IMG/VR virus record: IMGVR_UViG_3300006793_000015
Coordinates: 1 to 64,000 of that record
Strand: one strand, 5' to 3'
DNA length: 64,000 bases
Source: a virus
In this document: in pieces, positions 28,804 to 37,641 of the stretch
How positions within the stretch are numbered: the first letter of the stretch is position 1
Layout of the letters: the number at the start of each line of letters is the position of its first letter
Translations under genes and position numbers: made by a program
The notes under the pieces: generated by a model
Database searches by the model: none
The model's input: the letters and a program-made list of their open reading frames with translations, nothing else
Told to the model about the DNA's origin: nothing

Positions 28804-29823
28804 TTAGAACCTCATTACTGTTTCTTCGTTAATTTCTGTTGATTTGCACTTTAATTTGCATATATCTAACTTGGGAATATTGGCTATAAACTGTGTCCAA
28901 TAATTAGTGTTTAAAACGGACTCTAATCCACTTTGTTTTATATTTTTATCTTCTGTTTGCCACTCTGCGTATGCTTTATCATTATATCTATCTATAATCC
29001 AACAGCACGGATAAAAATACCCTCTGCTGTCTACAAACAACCCCTTTGTGCCTATAAAACAATACGGGGTTATATCTCCAATTGGTGTTTGCTTTTTATA
29101 TATTTCTCTTGCTGTCTTAAAACTGTCGTCGTATATTTTTCTATCAGTAAAACGTATTGTATTACTTTCGTATCTACCAGACTCACTAATATATTCTTTA
29201 ATAGGATCTAAAGAATCGTCGTAGTGCTCGTAAAAGAAATTAAACTTATTACTTTTAGTTTGTCGCATTGCATCGAAGCCTAATTCCTGTGCAAGATTTA
29301 CCATATGGTCTACGTGTTTATAATTAAAAGAAAAATAAATCATATCCCACACTAGTCGTACGGGACCAATACGCAATGTTTCTATTCCTTCTATTATACT
29401 ATTCCAATTACTGTTTACTCTATACTTCTCATTGCTTTCTTGATCATAGCCATCTAAACTAAAATGAATTTGGTCGTATTTGTTTAAGGTTTTTCCTAAC
29501 TCTAACCACCAGTCAGTTTTTTTATAACTACCATTGGTTACAATATTTAACTCTACTTTTTGATTATTACTTTTAAAGTATTCGCATATTTCTATAAATT
29601 CTTTGTTGTAAATTGGGTCGCCGTCATAGCCACAAAAAGTAACTCTTTTCGTTTCTTGTAAAATATCTTTAGTAAAGTTTTCTTTAAAAAAATTTAAATC
29701 TAAATTATCTATTACTAATGTTTCTGGTTTTTCTGTTCTAGAGCAACGCGGACACTTTAATGTACAAGCACTTGTAAGTTCAAAATGCCAATGCCATAAT
29801 GGCCAGTTAAAGTCATTTCTCAT
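28804..29823 (-). CDS. Radical SAM enzyme with C-terminal SPASM/twitch domain (#2)
   Basis: CTLKCPRC near N-terminus; GYDGDP; C-terminal C..VDSRGYFYPCC..CKLKC. Confidence 0.88.
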   Translation of the reverse strand: MRNDFNWPLWHWHFELTSACTLKCPRCSRTEKPETLVIDNLDLNFFKENFTKDILQETKRVTFCGYDGDPIYNKEFIEICEYFKSNNQKVELNIVTNGSYKKTDWWLELGKTLNKYDQIHFSLDGYDQESNEKYRVNSNWNSIIEGIETLRIGPVRLVWDMIYFSFNYKHVDHMVNLAQELGFDAMRQTKSNKFNFFYEHYDDSLDPIKEYISESGRYESNTIRFTDRKIYDDSFKTAREIYKKQTPIGDITPYCFIGTKGLFVDSRGYFYPCCWIIDRYNDKAYAEWQTEDKNIKQSGLESVLNTNYWTQFIANIPKLDICKLKCKSTEINEETVMRF

Positions 29824-31262
29824 GCCTGTGCTAACCTCTTACATTCTTTCCACCAATCTACCATCTCCGGGAAAGTTTCTAGGAAGTTTGTTCCTCTGCG
29901 TTTATCGTGTTCGTTAAAAAATCTATAAAAATCTGCTTTACAATCTCTTACATATTGCTCATCTAGTTTACTGCCTTCTTGCCACCATGCTAAATCTCGT
30001 TGCATACGTTGGACTTCATAATCCTTAAAACCTTTAAATCTTGTGCTTTCGTCCTCCATATTATCGAGCATCCAACATACATTATCATCATGAATCATTT
30101 GGTATGACTCTGGCAATAACTGTACGCTCTGCCAAGCTGGTTGCCTTAGTAGCGGAGTATCAAACCATATACGTTGATACGTATCACTATATGCTTGTCT
30201 TAATCCGTGTATTGCTGACAACAGTTTGTCTAAACCCGTTACACTCAAATTATTATACGTAATGATAAATGTAACACTGTTTCTATATGGAATCTCTGTT
30301 AAAAATCTATTGATGTTATTCCACATTCGATTAAAATCTAAGCCATTTCGTATATATTCTGCTTGCTCCATCCAACTATCAACACTAATGTACTGCATAA
30401 AGTGTTCTACTTTTTCATCTAAGCAAATGGGTTTAATCGCTTCAATATATTTGTCAAACAGTTTATCTTCCACAGAGAAGTTACTTGTTACGTTGAGGTG
30501 TAGGTCACTCTTTGGATTTGCGTTAATGTAATCAAATACTTTGTAAGTATTTTTATCCATCAAAGGTTCGCCGCCTGTCATTCTAAAGTGTTTTAAATCT
30601 TTATATAGATCAGGCCACCATTTCCAAAATGCTTCTACATATGGATTATATTGACTGTGGGGAATACAAGCACGGCTTCCTGTAAAGTGTTCAGGTGCGT
30701 TATGTGGAGTTTTAGTGGGCCATGCTCCAAATTGTTTTGTTTCCTTTTCCCACGACGTGCTAAATTGAGGTGAACAGTAACTACACTTTAGATTACAGTT
30801 ATGGTTAAAGTTAACCTCAACATAGCGTGGGTTCTTATCTGCATCCCATGGCGTGTTAAGTATAGTTTCAAAGTCCATATGTGCCCATGGTTCACCACTT
30901 CTGTAGTGCCTGTCGCTCATATGTCCTGTATCTTCTATGTTCCAACAGTACTGACATTCTTTTGGACGTTCGCCTTTGATCATCAATTTACGCATTTCTT
31001 TTTTGTGTTGCGTGTTGTGTAGTGCGGATGGATTTACTTTAACTGCTTCTGCATCCATTTTATGGAGTGGAGGATGATAGCAACTATTATTATATCCTGT
31101 TGGCAAATGTAAACTAACTTGGTTCCATTTAGCAAGACAAAAGGATGGCGAAACAGAGTCTAACTGCTCTTTAATATTTTCGGCACTTTTATAAAAGTCG
31201 GATTTAAATTTTCCGTCTTTTACTTCTACTTTGTCGCCCTTATTGTCTTTATATAGTTCCAT
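29820..31262 (-). CDS. Radical SAM enzyme, CxAKW..SCxHPP N-terminal subtype (#1)
   Basis: CNLKCSYC; TGGEP; CLAKW..SCYHPP..CQYC. Confidence 0.9.
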   Translation of the reverse strand: MELYKDNKGDKVEVKDGKFKSDFYKSAENIKEQLDSVSPSFCLAKWNQVSLHLPTGYNNSCYHPPLHKMDAEAVKVNPSALHNTQHKKEMRKLMIKGERPKECQYCWNIEDTGHMSDRHYRSGEPWAHMDFETILNTPWDADKNPRYVEVNFNHNCNLKCSYCSPQFSTSWEKETKQFGAWPTKTPHNAPEHFTGSRACIPHSQYNPYVEAFWKWWPDLYKDLKHFRMTGGEPLMDKNTYKVFDYINANPKSDLHLNVTSNFSVEDKLFDKYIEAIKPICLDEKVEHFMQYISVDSWMEQAEYIRNGLDFNRMWNNINRFLTEIPYRNSVTFIITYNNLSVTGLDKLLSAIHGLRQAYSDTYQRIWFDTPLLRQPAWQSVQLLPESYQMIHDDNVCWMLDNMEDESTRFKGFKDYEVQRMQRDLAWWQEGSKLDEQYVRDCKADFYRFFNEHDKRRGTNFLETFPEMVDWWKECKRLAQA

Positions 31263-32203
31263 TACCAGCCTTCAATTTGACGTATTACATCCAACTCTTG
31301 TATCATAATGTCGTAGTTAGTATGTGTGCTATAATGTGCTTTGAAAAACTTACTTGCTTCAGCATCCATTTCGCATATAGGCATACCTAGTTTGTTTTGT
31401 AGTATTTCGCCTAGTAACTTTGCTTCTTGTTCTGGATCCTTAGATGCGTATTCTGCGTTAAACATTTCTGTGAGATACTTAAAGTCTCTTACATTTACAT
31501 AGTTCCAGTCTGTAAGCATAGTTAAAAATGTGCCTAAACGTGCTCCATATATTGCCCAATTGCCGTGTTCAATATCGCGTCCAACAGTTTGCCAGATGCA
31601 TAGATTGTCGTAGTTACGTGCGTGAATTGCTTTTTCAAATGTGTCAAGATCAGGACGCTTGCCTTGGTCTAACACCATTTTGACGCCTTCTCTAAACCCT
31701 GCTCGCCATGCGTGTAATTCTGATCCATTTGGATATGTTGTGCTATAACAGTTATGCATTGCCTTGTAATTGTCATCAAAGCAAAATTCAACCAATGTTT
31801 CATCTCTGCCATCAGTGTTTTCATGTGACTTCATATTCATTACAAACTCAACTGGCCAACAACTTAACCCACCATTGCCATACATTAGTCCGTTTATAAT
31901 ATTGCGTCCTTTCCATCTAAAAACACAATCCTTTGTAGCGTCATCTATTGTAAGTTGCAGGTTAAAGAACTCCGGGTCAGGCATATTGTCTCCGTCGATT
32001 AAAACAAAACGTTCTGTGTCACTTGCCTCTGCCGCCGCTTTGTGTGCCGCATCGGATCCATAAACACCATCTACGTGTTTTGCCCACGGAACCATGTTAA
32101 GTATCTTAGCCCAAAACTCGTCCTTCTGTGGTTCATCATATGTTAAGTAGATGCAGTCTAAATCTGCCACATCAACTATCTCAGTCATTAAATGTTTCCT
32201 CAA
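31262..32203 (-). CDS. GT-A-like glycosyltransferase
   Basis: N-terminal DCIYLTYDE strand, AHKAAA helix, FVLIDGD (DxD). Confidence 0.55.
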   Translation of the reverse strand: MRKHLMTEIVDVADLDCIYLTYDEPQKDEFWAKILNMVPWAKHVDGVYGSDAAHKAAAEASDTERFVLIDGDNMPDPEFFNLQLTIDDATKDCVFRWKGRNIINGLMYGNGGLSCWPVEFVMNMKSHENTDGRDETLVEFCFDDNYKAMHNCYSTTYPNGSELHAWRAGFREGVKMVLDQGKRPDLDTFEKAIHARNYDNLCIWQTVGRDIEHGNWAIYGARLGTFLTMLTDWNYVNVRDFKYLTEMFNAEYASKDPEQEAKLLGEILQNKLGMPICEMDAEASKFFKAHYSTHTNYDIMIQELDVIRQIEGW

Positions 32204-32408
32204 ATAACTTTGCTTCTGTTGGACGCCTAAATGTTACTCTAACTCCATCAGCGTAAACTTTATCGTCTACTTTAAACTCACCTTTACAGTTTGTTTGGCA
32301 CCACTCTTTAACAGTCCTGTAAATTTTAACTGCTTCTTTAAATTCTTTGTTTTTAATTACTTCTCCTTGCTGTGCTTCCCAAGGATATTTTGCGTGTTTT
32401 GTTACCAT
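32181..32408 (-). CDS. Hypothetical protein
   Basis: 75 aa, AGGA RBS, overlaps downstream start. Confidence 0.6.
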   Translation of the reverse strand: MVTKHAKYPWEAQQGEVIKNKEFKEAVKIYRTVKEWCQTNCKGEFKVDDKVYADGVRVTFRRPTEAKLFEETFND

Positions 32409-32431
32409 TATTGATTCCTATTTTGTTTCTC

Positions 32432-32821
32432 TTATTGTAATTGATAATAACTTTCGTCTCTATTAAACATCACCTGATCTGGATCAATGACATGTTTAAT
32501 TAACCTATGATCCTTCTCTGTTACTAAAACTGGTTGACTATGATCTAACTCCGAAGCGTGTGTTACTTGTCTATACTTTGACGCTGAACTGCTATGTTTT
32601 TCTATAGGCTTTAACTTACCATCTTCGACAGTCCAGTCAGTGATAAAGTTATTCTCTGGCCAGTTCCATGGAACTTTTATATAACTTAATTCTTCTCTTT
32701 CTTCTGGCGATGCCTCGTATATTTTACCTGCATCATCATAGTATAAGCAATAGTCTGGCTTTTCCTTTTCACTATAGTCAAAGCCTTCCAATGCTTCTAA
32801 AAACTCATTAAGTCCTTTCAT
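32432..32821 (-). CDS. Hypothetical protein
   Basis: 129 aa, overlaps upstream stop. Confidence 0.65.
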   Translation of the reverse strand: MKGLNEFLEALEGFDYSEKEKPDYCLYYDDAGKIYEASPEEREELSYIKVPWNWPENNFITDWTVEDGKLKPIEKHSSSASKYRQVTHASELDHSQPVLVTEKDHRLIKHVIDPDQVMFNRDESYYQLQ

Positions 32822-33671
32822 AGTACTCTATTGTTTTATCAGCCAAGTACTCCTTACATTCAGCACCATGTACTGGATATATTTGTGGCTCAACACCAAT
32901 AAGTAGTCCAATGCTATCACTATAACTTATATTAACAACATCCTCTATCTTATGCTGTTCGGGCCACTCTAAAATGCTTGGCTTTAAATGTACAAACGTT
33001 GGATAATCCAATACGCTGTTAGTAGCAGTATACTCTTGCTCCTGTAATACTAACGCAATGGCTAACGCAACATCTGTTGTGGGTTTACTGTCTCTACAGT
33101 TTTTAATATTCTCTGTTACAGTATTCCAGTTCTTGTAAACCCATTTAAGTGTTTTAAACAGTTTTAAACTTTCCTCGCCGTAACGAAAATACATAAACCC
33201 ACTATACGCATTAGGCAGTTCGTTTTCATCAAATACTTTTCTGTATTTGCGCGATGTAGCAATGCTTCCATCTAACTTGCGAACGTTTGTAGCAATAAGC
33301 ACTTCCTGCTCACGCATAAACGTCCACCAGTGGTCAATGTTTCTCGTAAACACTAAGTCACAGTCTATCTTAACTGTTTCTTTAAATGGTGTTATTGCCC
33401 ACGCTTTCCACTCGTTACCTAACTTCCAACTATCTTCTTCGCTTTCATCTCCCCACGGTATGTCTATAACGTAGTCAAACACTTCGTGGTGCTTATCCTC
33501 TAAACACTGTTTAGTCGCTTCGTCTACTGCTACGGCAAATTTGTTTATACGTTGCGTTGCCTTTAAACTTAATCCACATGCGTAAGCAAGTTTTAAATAG
33601 TCTGTTGTCTCATTGTTTTGAACAAAAGTAAAATATCCTAGTTGTTCGTTGTGATCTTTAATTCTCTTCAT
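32808..33671 (-). CDS. GT-A-like glycosyltransferase (DxD)
   Basis: YLKLAY..SLK, TPFKETVKIDCD, YSGFMYF, TDVALA, FVHLK. Confidence 0.6.
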   Translation of the reverse strand: MKRIKDHNEQLGYFTFVQNNETTDYLKLAYACGLSLKATQRINKFAVAVDEATKQCLEDKHHEVFDYVIDIPWGDESEEDSWKLGNEWKAWAITPFKETVKIDCDLVFTRNIDHWWTFMREQEVLIATNVRKLDGSIATSRKYRKVFDENELPNAYSGFMYFRYGEESLKLFKTLKWVYKNWNTVTENIKNCRDSKPTTDVALAIALVLQEQEYTATNSVLDYPTFVHLKPSILEWPEQHKIEDVVNISYSDSIGLLIGVEPQIYPVHGAECKEYLADKTIEYYERT

Positions 33672-34497
33672 TTGGTGTATGGATTAAAGTAGGCTGTGTT
33701 GCATATCTTATAATACTATTAGCATGTTCGAGTATGCTATACTTGTTCATAATATGTAAATTAGCATTGCGTATCATCGATACTTCGTTGTCAAACTCAT
33801 AAACTACCATACCATCTTCTCTAACATCTGTTAAAGTATGCTGAGAAGGTAAAGTAAGGAGGGAGTTGTCGAAATAACCTTCTAAACTTAAAAGGTTATA
33901 TGCAATACTTATAGCATAATCGTTGCGGTATGGCCCTTTCTTGAAATTATATAGATTGTAATAATACATATAATTTTCTTTTACCGTACTCACTAAATCG
34001 AAAAATGTTTTAGCAGTTTCTCCTTTAGTAAAGTATAACACGGTTGCCCACAGCATGGGTATGCTACTCCAATGCAATAACTTATCATCAATAAAACTAT
34101 TCTTACCTGTTATATCAAACACATTCTTATGGCATACTAACTCTTCTTGTGTTTCGAATATTCCTTGCAACGAATTGTTAAACATTAGATAGTCTACATC
34201 TAATAGTAAAGTTTTTTGGAATGGAGACAATTCGTATGCTAATGGTCTAGTTTTATTGTGCCATGTAAGTTCTTCGACTTCTCCCTCGGGGTTTCTAAAC
34301 GTTCTTCTTCCGCTATTGCCAGCATCAATATGTATTACGTGGTCAAACGGTCCATCGACAGGATTGTTAGTAACTAACGCTATTCCTGTTCCTGGTAAAT
34401 GTTTGCGTACTAACAAAGCACAAATAATGGCGAGATTTGTGTAACTTATTGATTCGTTATCATACGCAAATAATAATACGCCTTTATCATCGGGCAT
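33658..34497 (-). CDS. GT-A-like glycosyltransferase (DxD), paralog of 32808-33671
   Basis: SPFQKTLLLDVDY, WATVLYF, RNDYAISIA, LHIMNK. Confidence 0.6.
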   Translation of the reverse strand: MPDDKGVLLFAYDNESISYTNLAIICALLVRKHLPGTGIALVTNNPVDGPFDHVIHIDAGNSGRRTFRNPEGEVEELTWHNKTRPLAYELSPFQKTLLLDVDYLMFNNSLQGIFETQEELVCHKNVFDITGKNSFIDDKLLHWSSIPMLWATVLYFTKGETAKTFFDLVSTVKENYMYYYNLYNFKKGPYRNDYAISIAYNLLSLEGYFDNSLLTLPSQHTLTDVREDGMVVYEFDNEVSMIRNANLHIMNKYSILEHANSIIRYATQPTLIHTPNEEN

Positions 34498-34847
34498 TAA
34501 ATTTGATCTGGTTTTCTAATTTGTCGAATTTTGTTTAGTTCGGCATAGTATTCGTTGGTTACTTCGTAATACCGTTGCCATAGTTTTTGTGTAAAGTCTA
34601 CTGGATCCTCAATTATAATTGGATTTTCAAATTGATCTAATACAACAGTTGGATTTGATTCTAAGTCATTTCGTTCAGCAATTTGTTGCCTTAAAGACAT
34701 TAGTTCGCAAAAACTAATTAATTCATAGGATACTTTGAATAAACCGCCGTTGTATGGGAGGGAGAGTAACCCCAAAGTGGTCTCACGCTTTGTTGCATGA
34801 GCCACTTTTTGGTTAAACTTTTTCTTTACAATTTCTTTTGCACTCAT
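34497..34847 (-). CDS. Hypothetical protein, first gene of the modification cluster
   Basis: Start at ATG 34847 (MSAKEIV), 6 nt after the -10 box; TAATG overlap with next gene. Confidence 0.7.
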   Translation of the reverse strand: MSAKEIVKKKFNQKVAHATKRETTLGLLSLPYNGGLFKVSYELISFCELMSLRQQIAERNDLESNPTVVLDQFENPIIIEDPVDFTQKLWQRYYEVTNEYYAELNKIRQIRKPDQI

Positions 34848-34853
34848 AGACTC

Positions 34854-34882
34854 ATTATATAACAAATGCTTCTAATTGTCAA
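34854..34882 (-). promoter_or_regulatory. Consensus sigma70 promoter heading the GT/radical SAM cluster (probably leaderless)
   Basis: Minus strand TTGACA (34882-34877), 17-nt spacer, TATAAT (34859-34854). Confidence 0.85.
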
Positions 34883-34892
34883 TATTAATTAA

Positions 34893-35804
34893 TTAAGATT
34901 GTGTAAAGCCTGTACTACTATATGTTGGTGCACCTGTCCAGGCTGCATTGTTCAATGCTGTAGTGTTTGGTGTTCTGTGTGTAATAGTATTTGTTACTGT
35001 ACCGTCAACGCTATCATCAAAGTTATCAGCGGCTGCATCAGCCCATGTAATAGTGAATGTTAATACACTACCACTGTCGCCGTTTACGCCCTGAGCACCG
35101 TTTGATTTTGCTTGTACAGAAATATAGTTTGATGTATAAGGACTGTCACCTTCATATTGTCTAAATACCAACTGATTAGAGGTTGACATGTCATGATAAC
35201 CAACTGTTGTTGCTTCTGTATCTGCTGTTCCAGAACCGCCAGACTTAGTTGTACCTTGTGCGGCAAAAATAATTGTGCCACATGCGGTTGCTAAATTTGA
35301 CCACTCAGTATTCTTTGTATGTGTTGTGCCACCTGTTCTACTAAATGTGAACTGTGTGCTACCACCTGCATTAAAATAGTATCTTGCTTCGTCGCCACTT
35401 GCCCATGTAAGTGTAAACTCATGAACTGTACTTGTTGTCCAACTAGCAGAGCCATCGCCTGTACTGGATGTGTCTGTATAGTTGGGGGACGTAATGTTCA
35501 ATCTGTTTGTGTCAATTGTGGTAATATTACCTGATAGAGCGGAGTATGCACTGATTGTATCACCTGCGCTGGGTGAGCTAATCGCTGTAATTGAGCTACC
35601 TTGATGGGATGAGGCTGAGGAAATTCTTGCTAACAATGTTGACCACTGGGTTGCTGTAACGGTTGATGATGCGGAAGTAGAAGCAATTGTGTTTGATTGC
35701 CCGTATCCATGATCACCTGATCCAGTCCCCCATATAGCGTTAACGCTAGTAGTAAAGTCATTATAGTGTGTAGCGAGAATTGTATCACCTGTTACGTATG
35801 CCAT
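34893..35804 (-). CDS. Ser/Thr/Gly-rich virion structural protein (tail fibre-associated)
   Basis: MAY.. start, AGGAG RBS, beta-rich Ser/Thr composition, follows a late motif in the tail module. Confidence 0.65.
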   Translation of the reverse strand: MAYVTGDTILATHYNDFTTSVNAIWGTGSGDHGYGQSNTIASTSASSTVTATQWSTLLARISSASSHQGSSITAISSPSAGDTISAYSALSGNITTIDTNRLNITSPNYTDTSSTGDGSASWTTSTVHEFTLTWASGDEARYYFNAGGSTQFTFSRTGGTTHTKNTEWSNLATACGTIIFAAQGTTKSGGSGTADTEATTVGYHDMSTSNQLVFRQYEGDSPYTSNYISVQAKSNGAQGVNGDSGSVLTFTITWADAAADNFDDSVDGTVTNTITHRTPNTTALNNAAWTGAPTYSSTGFTQS

Positions 35805-35937
35805 CTTTCTTATATTCTCCTATAGGGTTTTACTGTTTTTTCTCGAGATTTTGTTAATTAAATTCAAAGTATTATTCATTTGTTAAGTTATGTACAGCGT
35901 ACAAAGGAATAATTGCCTTTTATAAAAGTAACAACAG

Positions 35938-35945
35938 TATTTATA
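35938..35945 (-). promoter_or_regulatory. T4-type late promoter TATAAATA
   Basis: Exact TATAAATA on - strand in intergenic DNA; gp55-like sigma is encoded in the window. Confidence 0.7.
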
Positions 35946-35956
35946 CTTTTTCTTAA

Positions 35957-37495
35957 TTATACTACTCGTACAATACAAAGAACTAGTTTCTCGTTTTCAT
36001 TTTTATTGCTTTCTAACGCCCTTCCAATACAATTAAAAGCAGTTATTTCACTATCAGTTGCTTTTCTTGCTGTACCATTACCTGCTGACACTAGTCGGTC
36101 ACCTTTTGTAACCGAACCAGTAACTTTAACTGGAACTCTACCAGCCAATGCTACTTGAATACCATCTTCTTGTTCACTGTTCATTAAGTATGCTGGGTAT
36201 GAACTTACAACACCTAACACATCTTCTGATGCTGTTGTTTCACACATTGTAACTTCACGCTCTCCACCAATCTGTACAACAGTACCTGCGTCATAGTCGT
36301 AGTCTGCTTCAAACTTTTCTGCTAAGTCAGCATATTGTGCTGAAGTTGCCAAACCTGTTAATGTGGCTACGTGCATGTTTGCGTAACTATCAATTGTTAC
36401 ATTACCTGCTGTGCTACCTGTTTCTGTTGTGGTAACGGCTGCCCATTCATCAGCAGTCTCATCCCAAATCATACCAGTATTTGCGCTTGTTCCGCGCTCA
36501 ACAATAATACCTGCGTCATAAGAAGGCGTACCTGCAACATTTTTAGCAAGAACAATTAATGGATCTTCTACTAATAAGTTAGTAGTGTCAATTGTTGATG
36601 TTGTGCCATTAACTGTTAAGTCGCCTGCGATTGTAACAGCAGTAGTTGACCCATCAATTTCAATGGCGTTGGTAGGAACACCACCTACGTTAACGTTCAT
36701 GTACATATTACCATTGCTAGTATTATTCTTAAACGTTACATCGTCACCCGACACTGATAATGTAATATCAGAGTCAACACCAATTACTACACCATTATCA
36801 TTTAAAACACTAATCGAACCTGATGTTGTTTCGTTTGTGTCAGATCGCATGTAATTGGCGGCCGCTACTCCTGCTAGTGAGTCAGAGTCAGTTGCTGTTC
36901 CGTGCCATTTAGCATCTGTTACTGTAGTGCTAAGGTTATAACCAGGACTTACTGTAGCAAATCCACCAATTGCTACGTTTGGTGTAAAGACACTATCTTT
37001 AGATATAATAGCAACTCTTGTGTCTGCTACATACATTGAAATTACAGTATGATCTGCCGCCAATGTATCTGTGATAGTTTCTACAAGTGGGCCTGTTTTA
37101 ACGCCAGCTGCGTATAAAGGACCAACAAGAATCCATGATGTGTTGTCCCAAGCAAATAATTGGTCATTTACGGTATCAAACCATAACTCACCTTCTGAGG
37201 GACTAGTAGGAGCAGTTGATTGTCTCGTTAAACCGCCCGCGCCTTTCCAATTTGTTCCGGTATAAACTTTTAATGTACTCGTTCCTGTATCCCACCATAA
37301 TTCACCAGCAAGTGGTGAACTTGGTGCAGTTGTATTTGCAAAGTTTTCTAGTAAGTATACAAAGTTCTCGTTTTGAATCTCACCGTAACCGGCATAGTTC
37401 TTACCAATGAGGGTAAGATCTGAAGTTGTGTCTAGGGTCGAATCCGCAACTGTTGTTAAGACTGACCCATCCGTTTTATTAACTGTATATGCCAC
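35957..37495 (-). CDS. Tail fibre-like protein with C-terminal intramolecular chaperone/autoprocessing-like domain
   Basis: GTG start with GGAG RBS; LIGKNYAGYGE..ENF and repeated PxxGELW units; C-terminal ADLAE..LGVVS..AGRVPVKV..KGDRLV. Confidence 0.7.
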   Translation of the reverse strand: MAYTVNKTDGSVLTTVADSTLDTTSDLTLIGKNYAGYGEIQNENFVYLLENFANTTAPSSPLAGELWWDTGTSTLKVYTGTNWKGAGGLTRQSTAPTSPSEGELWFDTVNDQLFAWDNTSWILVGPLYAAGVKTGPLVETITDTLAADHTVISMYVADTRVAIISKDSVFTPNVAIGGFATVSPGYNLSTTVTDAKWHGTATDSDSLAGVAAANYMRSDTNETTSGSISVLNDNGVVIGVDSDITLSVSGDDVTFKNNTSNGNMYMNVNVGGVPTNAIEIDGSTTAVTIAGDLTVNGTTSTIDTTNLLVEDPLIVLAKNVAGTPSYDAGIIVERGTSANTGMIWDETADEWAAVTTTETGSTAGNVTIDSYANMHVATLTGLATSAQYADLAEKFEADYDYDAGTVVQIGGEREVTMCETTASEDVLGVVSSYPAYLMNSEQEDGIQVALAGRVPVKVTGSVTKGDRLVSAGNGTARKATDSEITAFNCIGRALESNKNENEKLVLCIVRVV

Positions 37496-37579
37496 TTTAT
37501 TTCTCCATTTTATAATCGATTATGTTTGCCACGGCACTACGCCGTTAAATGTTTGGCATTGCATATAATATGCTACTAT

Positions 37580-37598
37580 TATTTATATTCTATTTATA
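37580..37598 (-). promoter_or_regulatory. Tandem T4-type late promoters TATAAATA x2
   Basis: TATTTATA on + strand at 37580-37587 and 37591-37598. Confidence 0.7.
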
Positions 37599-37641
37599 GA
37601 AAGACTCAATAATAGACAAGAAAAGTGGCTTTTCCGGTGCC

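Noticed and set aside
22240-31262. Radical SAMs as QueE, MoaA, NrdG or viperin-like enzymes
   Set aside because: No queC/queD/folE/dpdA, moa or nrdD partners in the window; size and extra Cys-rich domains do not fit
11352-34847. Cluster as a bacterial O-antigen/capsule locus or classical RiPP cluster
   Set aside because: No flippase, polymerase, transporter, peptidase or RRE/PqqD gene seen; contiguous with phage tail genes. RiPP role is disfavoured, not excluded
35805-37641. tRNA or known riboswitch in the intergenic gaps
   Set aside because: No cloverleaf/T-loop and no riboswitch consensus I could recognise; only generic hairpins
37620-37641. Intrinsic terminator after the 223-aa gene
   Set aside because: Only a weak A/T stem (AAAAG-TGG-CTTTT); insufficient support
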